Part shown: piece by piece, positions 27,149 through 36,785 of the stretch
Layout: every line of letters starts with the position of its first letter
Numbering within the stretch: position 1 is the stretch's first letter
IMG/VR virus record: IMGVR_UViG_3300049855_000348
Span: 124,001 to 188,000 of that record
DNA: 64,000 bases
Direction: 5' to 3' (one strand)
The notes under the pieces: generated by a model
The model's input: only the letters and a program-made list of their open reading frames with translations
Database searches by the model: none
Told to the model about the DNA's origin: nothing
Position numbers and translations under genes: made by a program

Positions 27149-28057
27149 TCAGCCCAGTGCGATCTCGACGATGGCCTTGCGGAGTTTGGTCTTGGTGCTC
27201 TCGGTGATCTCCTTCTTGACCTCGGTCTCATCCTTGCCTTCAGCGGCTTCGGCTTCGAGACCCGGCAGGCGATCCTGCATGTCTTCGATTGCACCTTCGA
27301 TGTCTTCGATCTTGGCCTTGAGCCAGTTCATTCCGTCCTCGGAAAGATCATGCTTGGCCAGCATCCGCTTGTAGCGACCGATGTTCATCTTCTCGATACG
27401 GATGGAGACACGGAGGTCAGCAGCCAATTCGGCTGCACCACCCTTGCGCTCGTCGGCTTCATCCTTGGCGGTTTCCAACTTCTCACGAGTTGGATCTTCG
27501 GCGATCTCCTTCTCCTCGTCATGACCTTCAGGCTGGTTCTTCACTTCGGGAGCATCATCGCTGAGCGAGTGTTCCTTCACGTCAGAAATCTGCACCACCG
27601 AGGTGACAGGGTCTGCACCCTTACCATCGAACGTGTGTCCGAGGTAGTATTTCTTCGCCTCTTCGAGCGTGCCATTGAAGCCGGTGTGCCAGTGGTTGCT
27701 CTTGGTTGACACCTTGAGGTTGATGCGCTTCTTCTTGGCGGTTTCTTCCTCTGATTCAGTGGCGGTATGGATCACTGGCTTGTCATCCACCTCAGCGAGA
27801 TGGGTGTGAACCATGTGCTTCTTGCTCTTGGACGGCTTGAAATGAGCGAGAGCCGCGTTGTGAGCATCAGCCCTGGTTTCGGCATGGGTCTCATGCTTCT
27901 TGTCGCCGAAGTAGGAGATGTAGCCGTACTTCTTCTTTGCCGCTGGCTGTGCGGTGGCGACTTTGGACTCATCGTTTTCAACGAGAGGTTTCTTGCCAAC
28001 TCCGAGGCTCTTCATCACCCCGGCGACAGATTCGTTGATGCGGAGGGAGTTGATCAT
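27149..28057 (-). CDS. Hypothetical acidic probable internal head protein (302 aa)
   Basis: Operon-coupled; INES, LVE, VKE and ITES motifs. Confidence 0.8.
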   Translation of the reverse strand: MINSLRINESVAGVMKSLGVGKKPLVENDESKVATAQPAAKKKYGYISYFGDKKHETHAETRADAHNAALAHFKPSKSKKHMVHTHLAEVDDKPVIHTATESEEETAKKKRINLKVSTKSNHWHTGFNGTLEEAKKYYLGHTFDGKGADPVTSVVQISDVKEHSLSDDAPEVKNQPEGHDEEKEIAEDPTREKLETAKDEADERKGGAAELAADLRVSIRIEKMNIGRYKRMLAKHDLSEDGMNWLKAKIEDIEGAIEDMQDRLPGLEAEAAEGKDETEVKKEITESTKTKLRKAIVEIALG

Positions 28058-28060
28058 GGC

Positions 28061-28396
28061 TCAGTCTTTCTTTCCGATGAGGGCGGCGATCTTCTTGAGG
28101 CGTTCTTCGAGTTTTGCAGCGTCTTTTCCATCACGCTTGTGATTGCTGATGCGGGCGCTCAAAGCATCATGTGCTGACTGGAGGTGAACATCCTCGTGGT
28201 CGGCGATGGTGGTCTCATTGACCTTCTTGGCCTTGGCGGCATCGGCTTTGTTGCGCTCGACCGTCTTCTGAAGACATGCCCCACAGGTGAAACGATCAGT
28301 ACACTGACAGTCCTTCGGCTTGTTCTTGCCGAAACGGGCTGGACCAGTGGTGACTTCGACGACAGGCTTCACGCCATGACGAATGATCTTGATCAT
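28061..28396 (-). CDS. Hypothetical protein (111 aa) with a CxC-x4-CxxC motif
   Basis: CQCTDRFTCGAC; coupled by 2-3 nt gaps to both neighbours. Confidence 0.75.
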   Translation of the reverse strand: MIKIIRHGVKPVVEVTTGPARFGKNKPKDCQCTDRFTCGACLQKTVERNKADAAKAKKVNETTIADHEDVHLQSAHDALSARISNHKRDGKDAAKLEERLKKIAALIGKKD

Positions 28397-28398
28397 GG

Positions 28399-29601
28399 TT
28401 AGATCCTCTTCACTTCACGGCTGCCGAGATTCTTCCAGAGAGCTTCTGGGTTATGCTCGTCAGCACGCTTGTTCTTCGTGTTGGCCACGATGTGAGCCTT
28501 GGCTGCTTCCTTGAACTTGCCCTTCAAGGTAGCGAAAGACTCCATCGGACGATGCAGCATATCGACCGTCAGCTTGTCACTGACGACGCCTGCCTGGATG
28601 CAACGTTGAACGATGTCCTTCAGCGTGTCCTTCTTGAAGTTGTCGTGATCGAGTGGCATGCCGACCTGAGCGGCCAGGAAGTAGATGATCTGAAGAGCAT
28701 CCGGGTGGAACGAATAGCGGTAGTCGATGTTCGACCAACGATCGTTCAGACGATTCTTGCTCTCATCCTTGTGCTTGAGGTAGTAGACGGCGGCCAGGGT
28801 TGCCTGATCGTCGTCGTTCTGCATCTCGCCGTGGGCACGCAGGAACTCGTAGTGGCTCTCGAAGTCGTCACCAGCTTCTCCGCCGACGGTCTTGTTCAGC
28901 CAGTCGGTGAGTTCGGCTTTGTTGTCGAGTTGCATCTGGTTGATGCGGTCGGCGAGACCAGATGCCTTCTTGGTCAGGCTCGCCATCTCAATGCCATCAC
29001 AGAGAGAGTGCATGATATCGATCTGTACCATGGCCTGACCACTCTTGTTGGTCAGATTACCGAGATTCGACTGCACACGCAGACGCTCGTCGTGATGATC
29101 CTTCCAGTTGGTCTGGCCATGACGAGCCTGGAGGATTGCACGCAGTTCACCGACGGTGAGCGGTTCAGCACCCTCACGGTAGATCGGGAACAGGAAACTG
29201 AACTGGTGGCCCATCTTCTGAGGATCGAGATCTTTGCCGCTGGTCTTGCTGGCGATGTCGCGGGTGTTCTGGGTGTTCTCGATCGCCCACTGCTTGATGC
29301 GTGACAGCGTCTCGGGCTTCTCCATGCGGATGATCACGTCGATGTCACCAAACACGGCACGGTTCTCCGCACCGAACTTGCCGGAGCCGATCATCTTGAC
29401 CTGTACGTCATCATCAGTCTCGGCGGCGATACCGTCGAACTTCGAGCGAAGCTGCTTGAGCGTCGACTCGATGAAAGCACGGGGGACAAGGTCTCCACCG
29501 AGGATTCCAGACTCCACAATGAGTGTAGAGGAGTTTGCACGCTCCAAAATCACTTCATTGAGGACGCTGACGAAGGCTCTTTGTGCGGATGGGCGGATCA
29601 C
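28399..29601 (-). CDS. Pol-beta superfamily nucleotidyltransferase, probably virion-associated
   Basis: IGSG...FGDIDVII (GS...DxD) and a third Asp in VQIDIM; N-terminal LNE/ILE/IVE motifs. Confidence 0.7.
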   Translation of the reverse strand: MIRPSAQRAFVSVLNEVILERANSSTLIVESGILGGDLVPRAFIESTLKQLRSKFDGIAAETDDDVQVKMIGSGKFGAENRAVFGDIDVIIRMEKPETLSRIKQWAIENTQNTRDIASKTSGKDLDPQKMGHQFSFLFPIYREGAEPLTVGELRAILQARHGQTNWKDHHDERLRVQSNLGNLTNKSGQAMVQIDIMHSLCDGIEMASLTKKASGLADRINQMQLDNKAELTDWLNKTVGGEAGDDFESHYEFLRAHGEMQNDDDQATLAAVYYLKHKDESKNRLNDRWSNIDYRYSFHPDALQIIYFLAAQVGMPLDHDNFKKDTLKDIVQRCIQAGVVSDKLTVDMLHRPMESFATLKGKFKEAAKAHIVANTKNKRADEHNPEALWKNLGSREVKRI

Positions 29602-30974
29602 GTCTGCTTCCCCTTTGGGGAGTTGATGTTCTCGAACACCTCCAAGAGGCTCCCCTTCTTGGTCTTCTTCTCGATCGTCTTGCGACCATCTTCGACGGAG
29701 TCGCCGATATGATCCTTGTAGGGATATTGGCTACGACTCTTCTTCATCGGCTGCTTCTGAGGTCTGGTCTGTTGCTGCTGCGGCTGAGGTTGCGGTTTAG
29801 GTTGAGGCGGTTGTGGCACTGCTGGCCCACCAGTCTCTTCACCACCCTGAGCAGAATCCTGCTGCGGCGGTACTGGCTTCACTTCCGGTGCCGGTGGCTT
29901 GGCCGGCTGAGGGGCAGGTTCGGCAGCCTGCTGAGCGGCTGGCTGCTGAGCGGCTGGCTGTTGCTGGGCTGGCGGCTGGGCCGGTTGCTGTTGGGCTGGC
30001 TGAGCGTTCGGATCGACCTTGGCCCATTCGTACTGCGACGCCGGCAATGAGATTGTGCTCTTCCCATCGGCTGATGGCTTTCCAGTGTTGATGACGTAGT
30101 TGCCCTTGTCATCGACAATAGCGACCTTGCCAGTGTGAACCTGATTGGTTTTCGGATCCGTAGCAGTGACCTCATCACCTTCCTCGAATTTCTTATCGAA
30201 GGTGACTTTCTTCGCCGGTGGTTGAGCCGGTTGTGGTGCCGGCTTGGCAGCGGGCTGCTGTTGTTGTGACTGCTGCTGTTGCGGCTTTGGCTGTTGCTGC
30301 TGTTGCGGCTTTGACTGTTTCGGTTCCGAAGAACCTCCACCACTGAACACTCCAGCGTGATCACTCATCACACGCTGGATACCAGTTTTGATTGAGTTCT
30401 GGTCACCAGCGCCAGCTTTCACGGCTTTGTCGATACCATGCAGCGCACGAGCGGTCTGCACGTCACGAACTTTGATGCCCTTCTTCAGAGCCTCAGCTTT
30501 GTCCTGTGCAGTGATGAATGACTTCACCTGTGCAGCAGCTTCTTCCTTCGTCTTGCCCTGACCTTCGAGGCGCTTCTGAAGGTGATCACGAGCGGCTTGT
30601 GGGTTCTTCTTGTAGGCGTCGAGGAACTTCTCGGTCTCAGTCTCGTTGCCGAAAATCTTCTTCAGTTTCGTTTTGAATGCACCATAGAGGTAACGAAAAC
30701 CGCTGACTGCATCCCGCCAGATACCTTCGTTGATCAACTCGTACTGATCATGCTCATTGAGCACGAACATCTGATCTTCGTTCACTGCGACAACGAGATC
30801 ACCCAGAATGGCATCGGCCTTCTTCTCGACTACGATCTTGCGACCGTCAAGATGCGTGCTCTCCATGAGCGCCATGCCGTTCCTGGTGAACTGCCGGGCG
30901 ATCTTGGTGACCGGCTTCTGGCATTTCATCTCGTTGAGAACAGACGGGTGAATGTTCTTGCTGTGCAGGTACAT
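29598..30974 (-). CDS. Hypothetical P/Q-rich probable internal head protein (458 aa)
   Basis: GTGA overlap with the next gene; SD AGAGG and TACATA upstream; long QP/AQQP tracts flank a small beta domain (KFEEGDEVTATDP...). Confidence 0.8.
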   Translation of the reverse strand: MYLHSKNIHPSVLNEMKCQKPVTKIARQFTRNGMALMESTHLDGRKIVVEKKADAILGDLVVAVNEDQMFVLNEHDQYELINEGIWRDAVSGFRYLYGAFKTKLKKIFGNETETEKFLDAYKKNPQAARDHLQKRLEGQGKTKEEAAAQVKSFITAQDKAEALKKGIKVRDVQTARALHGIDKAVKAGAGDQNSIKTGIQRVMSDHAGVFSGGGSSEPKQSKPQQQQQPKPQQQQSQQQQPAAKPAPQPAQPPAKKVTFDKKFEEGDEVTATDPKTNQVHTGKVAIVDDKGNYVINTGKPSADGKSTISLPASQYEWAKVDPNAQPAQQQPAQPPAQQQPAAQQPAAQQAAEPAPQPAKPPAPEVKPVPPQQDSAQGGEETGGPAVPQPPQPKPQPQPQQQQTRPQKQPMKKSRSQYPYKDHIGDSVEDGRKTIEKKTKKGSLLEVFENINSPKGKQT

Positions 30975-30987
30975 GCTGGCCTCTGAG

Positions 30988-32292
30988 TTATGTAGCGGCC
31001 TGGGAATCCGAGATCAGGTCTGCCAGCTTGGTCTTGATGAACTTGTTCGCCTCGACCAGGAAAGCATCCCACAGGGCACCACGGCCAGTATGGCGATCGG
31101 TCGGGACATTCTCGTCGTTGAGGTGCAGGGCGTAGAGGTCACCAGGGACACCCTCCTCCTCCAGGTGTCTGCGAACCCACTGCATCACTGCATCTTCGGT
31201 CACATCACCCTTGATTTCCTCCAGCGAGTGGATGGCTTGGGTGATCGGGTCGTGATTGGCGTCGGCGAAGAGATAACGACCGACCTGACCACGTACCCAG
31301 GCCGACAGGTAATTCAGGTCGCGGTAGTCTTCCAAGTGCTCACGGCTGTTGGCACCGTATTCCTCGATCGTGTCGGCGATCTCCTTGTCTACGTCGGCTG
31401 CCCGGCGATAGAGTTTGGCGACAACGTCCCTGTAGGCATCCCGCGTAACCGCTGTGCTGTCCGAGACTTTGCCCTGCTTGTCGAGTTTGCGAATGTCGAA
31501 ATCGTCGAAACGTCGAATGGCGTGTCGAAAGAAACGCTCGTAGTCCTTCTCGGTCGGCTGGTCACCGGCCTGGGCCAGGAAGTTGTTCAGGATCTGGCTG
31601 AAGGCTGGGTCCTGTTCAGCCGACTTGGCCATGCCTGCCACGACCTTCTCAGGTGCCTCCAGACGGCCACGGAAGAGCAACGGCAGGCTGTCGGTACCCA
31701 GCTTGTGGGCGATGCTCTGGACCTGCGCATGGCTCTCCCAGCGACCGGCCATCTTCAGCGCCTGTTCCTCGATCTCACCAGGGTCAGTGAGTAGGTCAGA
31801 GAGACCGGTTTCGGGCACCTCATACTTCACGCCGACCACGACCATCCTGGCCTTGGCATCGTCCTTGTGCAGGCGCGTTTCCGGGTTGCGGGTACCGATC
31901 TCCACCACGATCAGGGTACCAGGATCGACAGCATCGAGCTTGCCGGACTTGGTACGCTGGATGATCTGTTCAATCGGCTTGCGCAGATCCTTCTGGGTGA
32001 AGCCAATGGAGAAGCCGACGTTATCGTCATCGAGATGGTTGAGATCGACCTCGTAGCGACCAGACCAGAAGCGCCAGCAGTCCTCGGGATTGTTGGCGGT
32101 GTCCTTCTCCTTCGTGCGGTAGCACTTCAGCAAGGCACCACTGGAATGGGCAACGATCTCGACTTCCTGAGCGTGTAGGTAGCGGACCAGATCCTCACCG
32201 CCGTTGTGCTCGATGAAGTCTGACAGTGCCTTGAAGCGGGGCTCCATGGCTTGGGCGATGTCTTCACAGAGAATGCGTTTGTGGTGGATCAT
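30988..32292 (-). CDS. Hypothetical protein (434 aa)
   Basis: ATGA overlap with the upstream gene; typical codon usage. Confidence 0.8.
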   Translation of the reverse strand: MIHHKRILCEDIAQAMEPRFKALSDFIEHNGGEDLVRYLHAQEVEIVAHSSGALLKCYRTKEKDTANNPEDCWRFWSGRYEVDLNHLDDDNVGFSIGFTQKDLRKPIEQIIQRTKSGKLDAVDPGTLIVVEIGTRNPETRLHKDDAKARMVVVGVKYEVPETGLSDLLTDPGEIEEQALKMAGRWESHAQVQSIAHKLGTDSLPLLFRGRLEAPEKVVAGMAKSAEQDPAFSQILNNFLAQAGDQPTEKDYERFFRHAIRRFDDFDIRKLDKQGKVSDSTAVTRDAYRDVVAKLYRRAADVDKEIADTIEEYGANSREHLEDYRDLNYLSAWVRGQVGRYLFADANHDPITQAIHSLEEIKGDVTEDAVMQWVRRHLEEEGVPGDLYALHLNDENVPTDRHTGRGALWDAFLVEANKFIKTKLADLISDSQAAT

Positions 32293-32984
32293 TTGGGTAG
32301 TTCTCCGTCATCGCCCCAGGCATCGCCATCGCCCTTCTTGGCTTGCTGGATCTTGAGTGCGGCCAGAGCGGCGGCATCGCCGTTCTTCTGGGCATTGACC
32401 AGGAGTTCAGCCACCTTGTGAACCTGTTCACTGGCCTTCATCGCCAGTTCGAGGGATTTGAGAGTCGCACCGGTGTTGTCGGCGATGACTGTCGCCACTG
32501 GCATCGACAACTGCATGCTGTCCAGAACTTCGGCACGATCGAGATGCACCTGGAATAGCGAGATGGCCATTGCACGGTTGTGCTGGGCCAGTTGCAGGTC
32601 CTTGTTCAACAGGACTGCGAGGTTCTTCTCGAACGTACCCTGATCGCTCAGATCGAACGTAGTGGGTGCTGAAGCATCGGCCTTGGCCACTGTTCCACGT
32701 GGAACAACGCTTGGCAGCGCCACGGCCTTTGGACCACCAGCGGCAGCAGCCGGCTGACCCTGGCCGGAACCGCCCTGCCCGCCCGGCTGACCCTGGCCGC
32801 CAGCGGCTTGCGCGACCGCATTGGCCGGTTGAGCGGTCAATGGCGGGGCGATGGCCTGCGACTGTGGCGTAGGCGGCGGGAGCGCCACCGCCTTGTGAGC
32901 CGGGTTCTGAGAGGTGGGCAGCGTCCCGAGGAGGTCATCCAGCATCTGGATGGCGGGTGGTTCTGGGGGCTGCTCTCCACTCAT
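32289..32984 (-). CDS. Hypothetical protein (231 aa): P/G-rich N-terminus and helical C-terminus; weak small-terminase candidate
   Basis: ATGA overlaps at both ends; function speculative. Confidence 0.7.
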   Translation of the reverse strand: MSGEQPPEPPAIQMLDDLLGTLPTSQNPAHKAVALPPPTPQSQAIAPPLTAQPANAVAQAAGGQGQPGGQGGSGQGQPAAAAGGPKAVALPSVVPRGTVAKADASAPTTFDLSDQGTFEKNLAVLLNKDLQLAQHNRAMAISLFQVHLDRAEVLDSMQLSMPVATVIADNTGATLKSLELAMKASEQVHKVAELLVNAQKNGDAAALAALKIQQAKKGDGDAWGDDGELPK

Positions 32985-33709
32985 GCGTTGAAGACCTGAT
33001 CCAGCAGCTTGGTACGCTCCTCATCCGACAGCACGGCCTCTTTGAGTTCGGTGCTGCGGGGCGTGGTGAGCTTGCCGGGATTGGTGATCTCGTGATGACC
33101 CTGCGGACGGCCTGCGCCGTCCTTGCCGTAGCCAGCCGGCACGTTCTTGCCGTCAGCGCCAGGGAAGATGTCCTTGGCACGCTGCGCTGGGCGCTTGTCA
33201 GCCGCATCATCGTTGAAGGACTGCTTGTCGTCCGGGTTTGCAGCATCTTCAGCGGGCTGGACGGTGAGTTTTTCAACAGCCGTGCTGCCACCTTCAACAC
33301 TCTCGACAGCCTGCACCACCGGCTTGCCGGAGGCACCCTGCTGACGATTCGCCATGGCATCCTGCTGGATGCCTTTGGAGGCGGCAGTCGGGCTGATCTT
33401 GGTCGGCTTCGGCTGGGCGGTGAGGTTCTTGTTCACCTGCTCCTGCTGCTTCGGGTCGATACCCTGCTGGTGGGCCATGTCCGCCTTGACGGCCTGATCA
33501 CCCTGCTGGGCGTTGGCGGCAGCGGTGGCCTGCACTCCATTGGCCAGTTGCTGGGCGGCAGTCTGCACCTGCTGCTGGGGCTTGCCCGGTGCCATCTTCA
33601 CCGGCTTGCCGGGAGTGGGCAGGGCGGTGCCGCCAGCGGCCTGGGCATTGGAGGAACCCTGAAGTTCTTCCAGGATGGCGGCGACGTTTTCGTGGTAGAC
33701 TCGGCGCAT
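32981..33709 (-). CDS. Hypothetical Q/A-rich protein (242 aa)
   Basis: Operon-coupled; YHEN, ILEE and LKEA motifs. Confidence 0.8.
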   Translation of the reverse strand: MRRVYHENVAAILEELQGSSNAQAAGGTALPTPGKPVKMAPGKPQQQVQTAAQQLANGVQATAAANAQQGDQAVKADMAHQQGIDPKQQEQVNKNLTAQPKPTKISPTAASKGIQQDAMANRQQGASGKPVVQAVESVEGGSTAVEKLTVQPAEDAANPDDKQSFNDDAADKRPAQRAKDIFPGADGKNVPAGYGKDGAGRPQGHHEITNPGKLTTPRSTELKEAVLSDEERTKLLDQVFNA

Positions 33710-33712
33710 AGG

Positions 33713-34381
33713 TCAGACCTTTTTGAACTGGATGGCCAACTGGCTCTTGAGCACCCCAGCACCAACAGGCTTGAGCGCCTTGGACTGGACGATGCGACCG
33801 AAACGACGGAGGGCGAGCGGATCCTTGGGATCGAGGGCGCTCTGCGTCTTCATGACGCGCACGATCTCCTTGACCAAGTTCGGCGACATGACCTTCGAGC
33901 CCGGATCGACAGTCGTTCCCAGGGGAGCGATAGCACGGGTGACGTTGTCGAAACGGCGAATGCGCAGACTCGAACCGTCACGGCTGATGCGGTAGTGCTT
34001 GCCCTGTTTGCCGACGGCAACGATGGCAAGAATCTTGCTCTCTTTGAGATCGAAAAGGTTGGAATAGCCGATGTAATCCGCATTTTGGTAATGCAGACCA
34101 CCCTTGCTCAGGAAGGTGATGTCGTAGCCCAGATCACGCAGCACCCACGACAGCGTCTGGAGCGTGCTGAGGAACTGGCCGTAGTCGCTGATGTCGATCG
34201 GGTAGTCGGTGCCACCCCACTTGTTCTTGATCGGACCCTTGGCCTCGACCTTCTTGACGATCGTGTTGATGCGATCGGCCTTCTCGTCGGAGCCGCTTTC
34301 ACCGGTGGCGTAGGCCATGCCGTTGTAGGGCCAGCGATTCTGGAAGCCGGCGTTCTTGCGTTGGATGGTCAGCAGGTCCAT
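33713..34381 (-). CDS. Hypothetical protein (222 aa)
   Basis: 3-nt gaps to both neighbours; globular composition. Confidence 0.8.
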   Translation of the reverse strand: MDLLTIQRKNAGFQNRWPYNGMAYATGESGSDEKADRINTIVKKVEAKGPIKNKWGGTDYPIDISDYGQFLSTLQTLSWVLRDLGYDITFLSKGGLHYQNADYIGYSNLFDLKESKILAIVAVGKQGKHYRISRDGSSLRIRRFDNVTRAIAPLGTTVDPGSKVMSPNLVKEIVRVMKTQSALDPKDPLALRRFGRIVQSKALKPVGAGVLKSQLAIQFKKV

Positions 34382-34384
34382 GGG

Positions 34385-34942
34385 TTACTCCACCAGCTTG
34401 GCGAGATCTTTGACGGCGTTCATCACGGCCTGGATGGGGCCACGCAACGTCAGTTTGTGAGTCTTGATCGAGTTGTCGCTGGCCTTGTTCTCGGTCAGCG
34501 CCTGGATGAGCAGGTCGACGGTCTTGATATTGGCCGTCACCTCGGTCATCTTGTCGGACACGTCCTGGAGAGTGTTCAACGACGTGGCAGGCTTCTTGAG
34601 CTTGACTTCTGGGTTCGTGGGTGGCTTTGCGCCCTGATTTTGGCCGTTGGGGGCTCCAGCCTTGTTTTGTGGCTGCATGCCGCTAGCCTGCCCGGCCTTG
34701 GGATCCACCGCTGGGGCTTCACCCGGCATATCGAGGGGCGACGTGCCACCAGCTTCGCTGATGATATCCTCGGGCTTCATGCGAACGCCGAGTTCTTCCA
34801 GAACGCTGTTGACGCGGGGATCCACCTTGCCGCGCTCTTCGCGCATCTTGTTTTCCGAATGGTTCGGATCGACGCCCATCTTCTGGAGGGCTTTGGCGAC
34901 TTGGGCATTCACTCCACCGGTGCGTTTCTGAAACATGGTCAC
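34385..34942 (-). CDS. Hypothetical protein (185 aa), first gene of the long minus-strand late operon
   Basis: SD GGGAG upstream; contains IISEAG and ends LVE. Confidence 0.8.
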   Translation of the reverse strand: MTMFQKRTGGVNAQVAKALQKMGVDPNHSENKMREERGKVDPRVNSVLEELGVRMKPEDIISEAGGTSPLDMPGEAPAVDPKAGQASGMQPQNKAGAPNGQNQGAKPPTNPEVKLKKPATSLNTLQDVSDKMTEVTANIKTVDLLIQALTENKASDNSIKTHKLTLRGPIQAVMNAVKDLAKLVE

Positions 34943-34975
34943 TCCCGGCTATCAGCCTGTCACATAGGTACCAGC

Positions 34976-36427
34976 ATGTTGACCTTCTCCTACTCGAACG
35001 CTTGGACAGCCACCTACCAGGGTGACGTTCGGGGCGTCGCGTGGCTGAAGCGTCTGTTCACCTACACCGACATGGCAGACACCCGGCACAAGCAGCGGCT
35101 GGGTTATTTTCCCTCCTACTGCACGCTCGACACCGATGGGTGCCGGATGTCCCACGGGCAGGTGATCCACGCTGTACGGCACGCCAAAGCCGACGGCATC
35201 CCCATCACGATCAATGACCCCAGTTGCCGGTATCTGGTCGAATCTGGTCCTATCCCGCCAGATTACCTTCCGGAGATCACCGGGTACGACTACCAACTTT
35301 TGTCAGCCCAGATCGCCCTGGGCAGCGGGCACGGGCTGGTGGTGATCGCCACCGGTGGTGGCAAGACCGTCGTGATCGGGATGGTGCTCAAAGCTCTGGC
35401 CACCATGACCAACGTTCAGGGTATCCTGATCCTGATCTACTCGAAGGACCTGCTGAACCAAACCGCCAAGCGGATGGAGAAGTACGGTGTCCCAAGTGAC
35501 GACATCGGTGTCATCCACTCCGACATCCCACCAGCCAAGCAGGCTATCGCAGCCACGAAGCGCATCGTGCTCGCCACCCACACCTCCATCGCCAAGTACC
35601 ATGGGGTGATCGAACGGACGCAATACGTGCTGGTCGATGAGGGTCACCGGGCGGTCGGCCCACTTTACTCCGCCCTGTTCGGCAAGCTGCCCAACCTCGT
35701 GAACATCCTCGGCTTCACCGCCACACCATGGGACAACGAAGCTGAGCGGATGAAGATGCTGGCGATCTATGGCCAGATCCTGGTGAACATCCCGGTGCGC
35801 TTCCTCATCGATCGCGGTGTGTTGATGAATCCCGAGGTCTACTTCATCAAGCTCTACTACAAAGACCGCGACATCAAACTGTGCAATCAGATGGAATGGC
35901 GTGAAGCCAAGACTCAGTTCATTCTTGAAGACCGTAACCGCAATCTGCTACCGATCGTTGCTCTGAAGAAGTTCGGTGGTCGCATGCTCGTCATCTATGA
36001 CGATCTCGACCATGGCGAGCATCTACAACAACTTTACATCGAGCAAGGTTTCGAGACTCGTCTCGCTGAAGGAAAGACTTCCACTAAGAATCGTGCGAAT
36101 GCCATCGAATGGTTCGAGCAAGACTGCGAGCCTGGACAGTGGGGCAAGGTTCTGCTCGCCTCGAAGGTATTCGATGAGGGTGTCGACATCAAAGGCGGCT
36201 GCGACATTTTCTTCGCCATCGGTGCCGGAAAAGATGTCAGCAAAGTTGCACAGCGACTCGGTCGTGCTCTACGAAAAAACCGCAGCGGTAAACTGCGGTG
36301 TTTCGACTGCCAGGACAGCAATCATCCAATCCTGTCGCGGTGGTCATCCACTCGTCGTGGGGCGATCGAGGATCTGAAGATTCCGGTGAAGACGATCAGC
36401 CTGGAAGAGTTTGCGGTTCTGACTTGA
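34976..36427 (+). CDS. uvsW: SF2 DNA helicase, UvsW-like (true start 34976, not 32957)
   Basis: IATGGGKT (motif I), VDEGH (II), GFTATP (III), VFDEGVDI (V) and QRLGRALR (VI). The upstream part of the tracked ORF is the antisense shadow of minus-strand genes. Confidence 0.9.
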   Translation: MLTFSYSNAWTATYQGDVRGVAWLKRLFTYTDMADTRHKQRLGYFPSYCTLDTDGCRMSHGQVIHAVRHAKADGIPITINDPSCRYLVESGPIPPDYLPEITGYDYQLLSAQIALGSGHGLVVIATGGGKTVVIGMVLKALATMTNVQGILILIYSKDLLNQTAKRMEKYGVPSDDIGVIHSDIPPAKQAIAATKRIVLATHTSIAKYHGVIERTQYVLVDEGHRAVGPLYSALFGKLPNLVNILGFTATPWDNEAERMKMLAIYGQILVNIPVRFLIDRGVLMNPEVYFIKLYYKDRDIKLCNQMEWREAKTQFILEDRNRNLLPIVALKKFGGRMLVIYDDLDHGEHLQQLYIEQGFETRLAEGKTSTKNRANAIEWFEQDCEPGQWGKVLLASKVFDEGVDIKGGCDIFFAIGAGKDVSKVAQRLGRALRKNRSGKLRCFDCQDSNHPILSRWSSTRRGAIEDLKIPVKTISLEEFAVLT

Positions 36428-36785
36428 CCAGGAGTTGTTCGACTTTTTTGGCGAACGCTTCCAGCATGTTTTCCACGCCAGAGGTCATGTTCAACCTCGT
36501 CTGCTCTTGGCAGTAGCTGGGCACGTGATCGAACCAGTGCCAGTTCCACTTTCCTGAGTAGGGATTGAGATGGCCTCCACAGTCGTGTGTGGGGAGATGC
36601 TTGATTGCGGCTGGGATATCCTCGAAATGGCAGGCCAGCCAGTCATCCATGGGCCGGACACGAAGAGGGCCAGCCACCGTGTTGATCCGGAACTCTTTGT
36701 TCCAATCGCACGGTACTTCCTCCAGGTGAAGACGATCCTTCAGCTTGAGCAGGCCGGCGAGCACTTCTTTGGTCAGGTCGATCAT
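36396..36785 (-). CDS. Hypothetical protein (129 aa, MIDLTKEVLAG...)
   Basis: ATGA overlap with the upstream gene fixes the start at 36785; overlaps the uvsW end convergently by 32 nt. Confidence 0.7.
   Translation of the reverse strand: MIDLTKEVLAGLLKLKDRLHLEEVPCDWNKEFRINTVAGPLRVRPMDDWLACHFEDIPAAIKHLPTHDCGGHLNPYSGKWNWHWFDHVPSYCQEQTRLNMTSGVENMLEAFAKKVEQLLVKSEPQTLPG

Noticed and set aside
32957-34975. 1156-aa plus-strand ORF suggesting a large N-terminal extension on the UvsW helicase
   Set aside because: The first 673 codons are the antisense shadow of four well-formed minus-strand genes; helicase-like sequence begins at the ATG at 34976.
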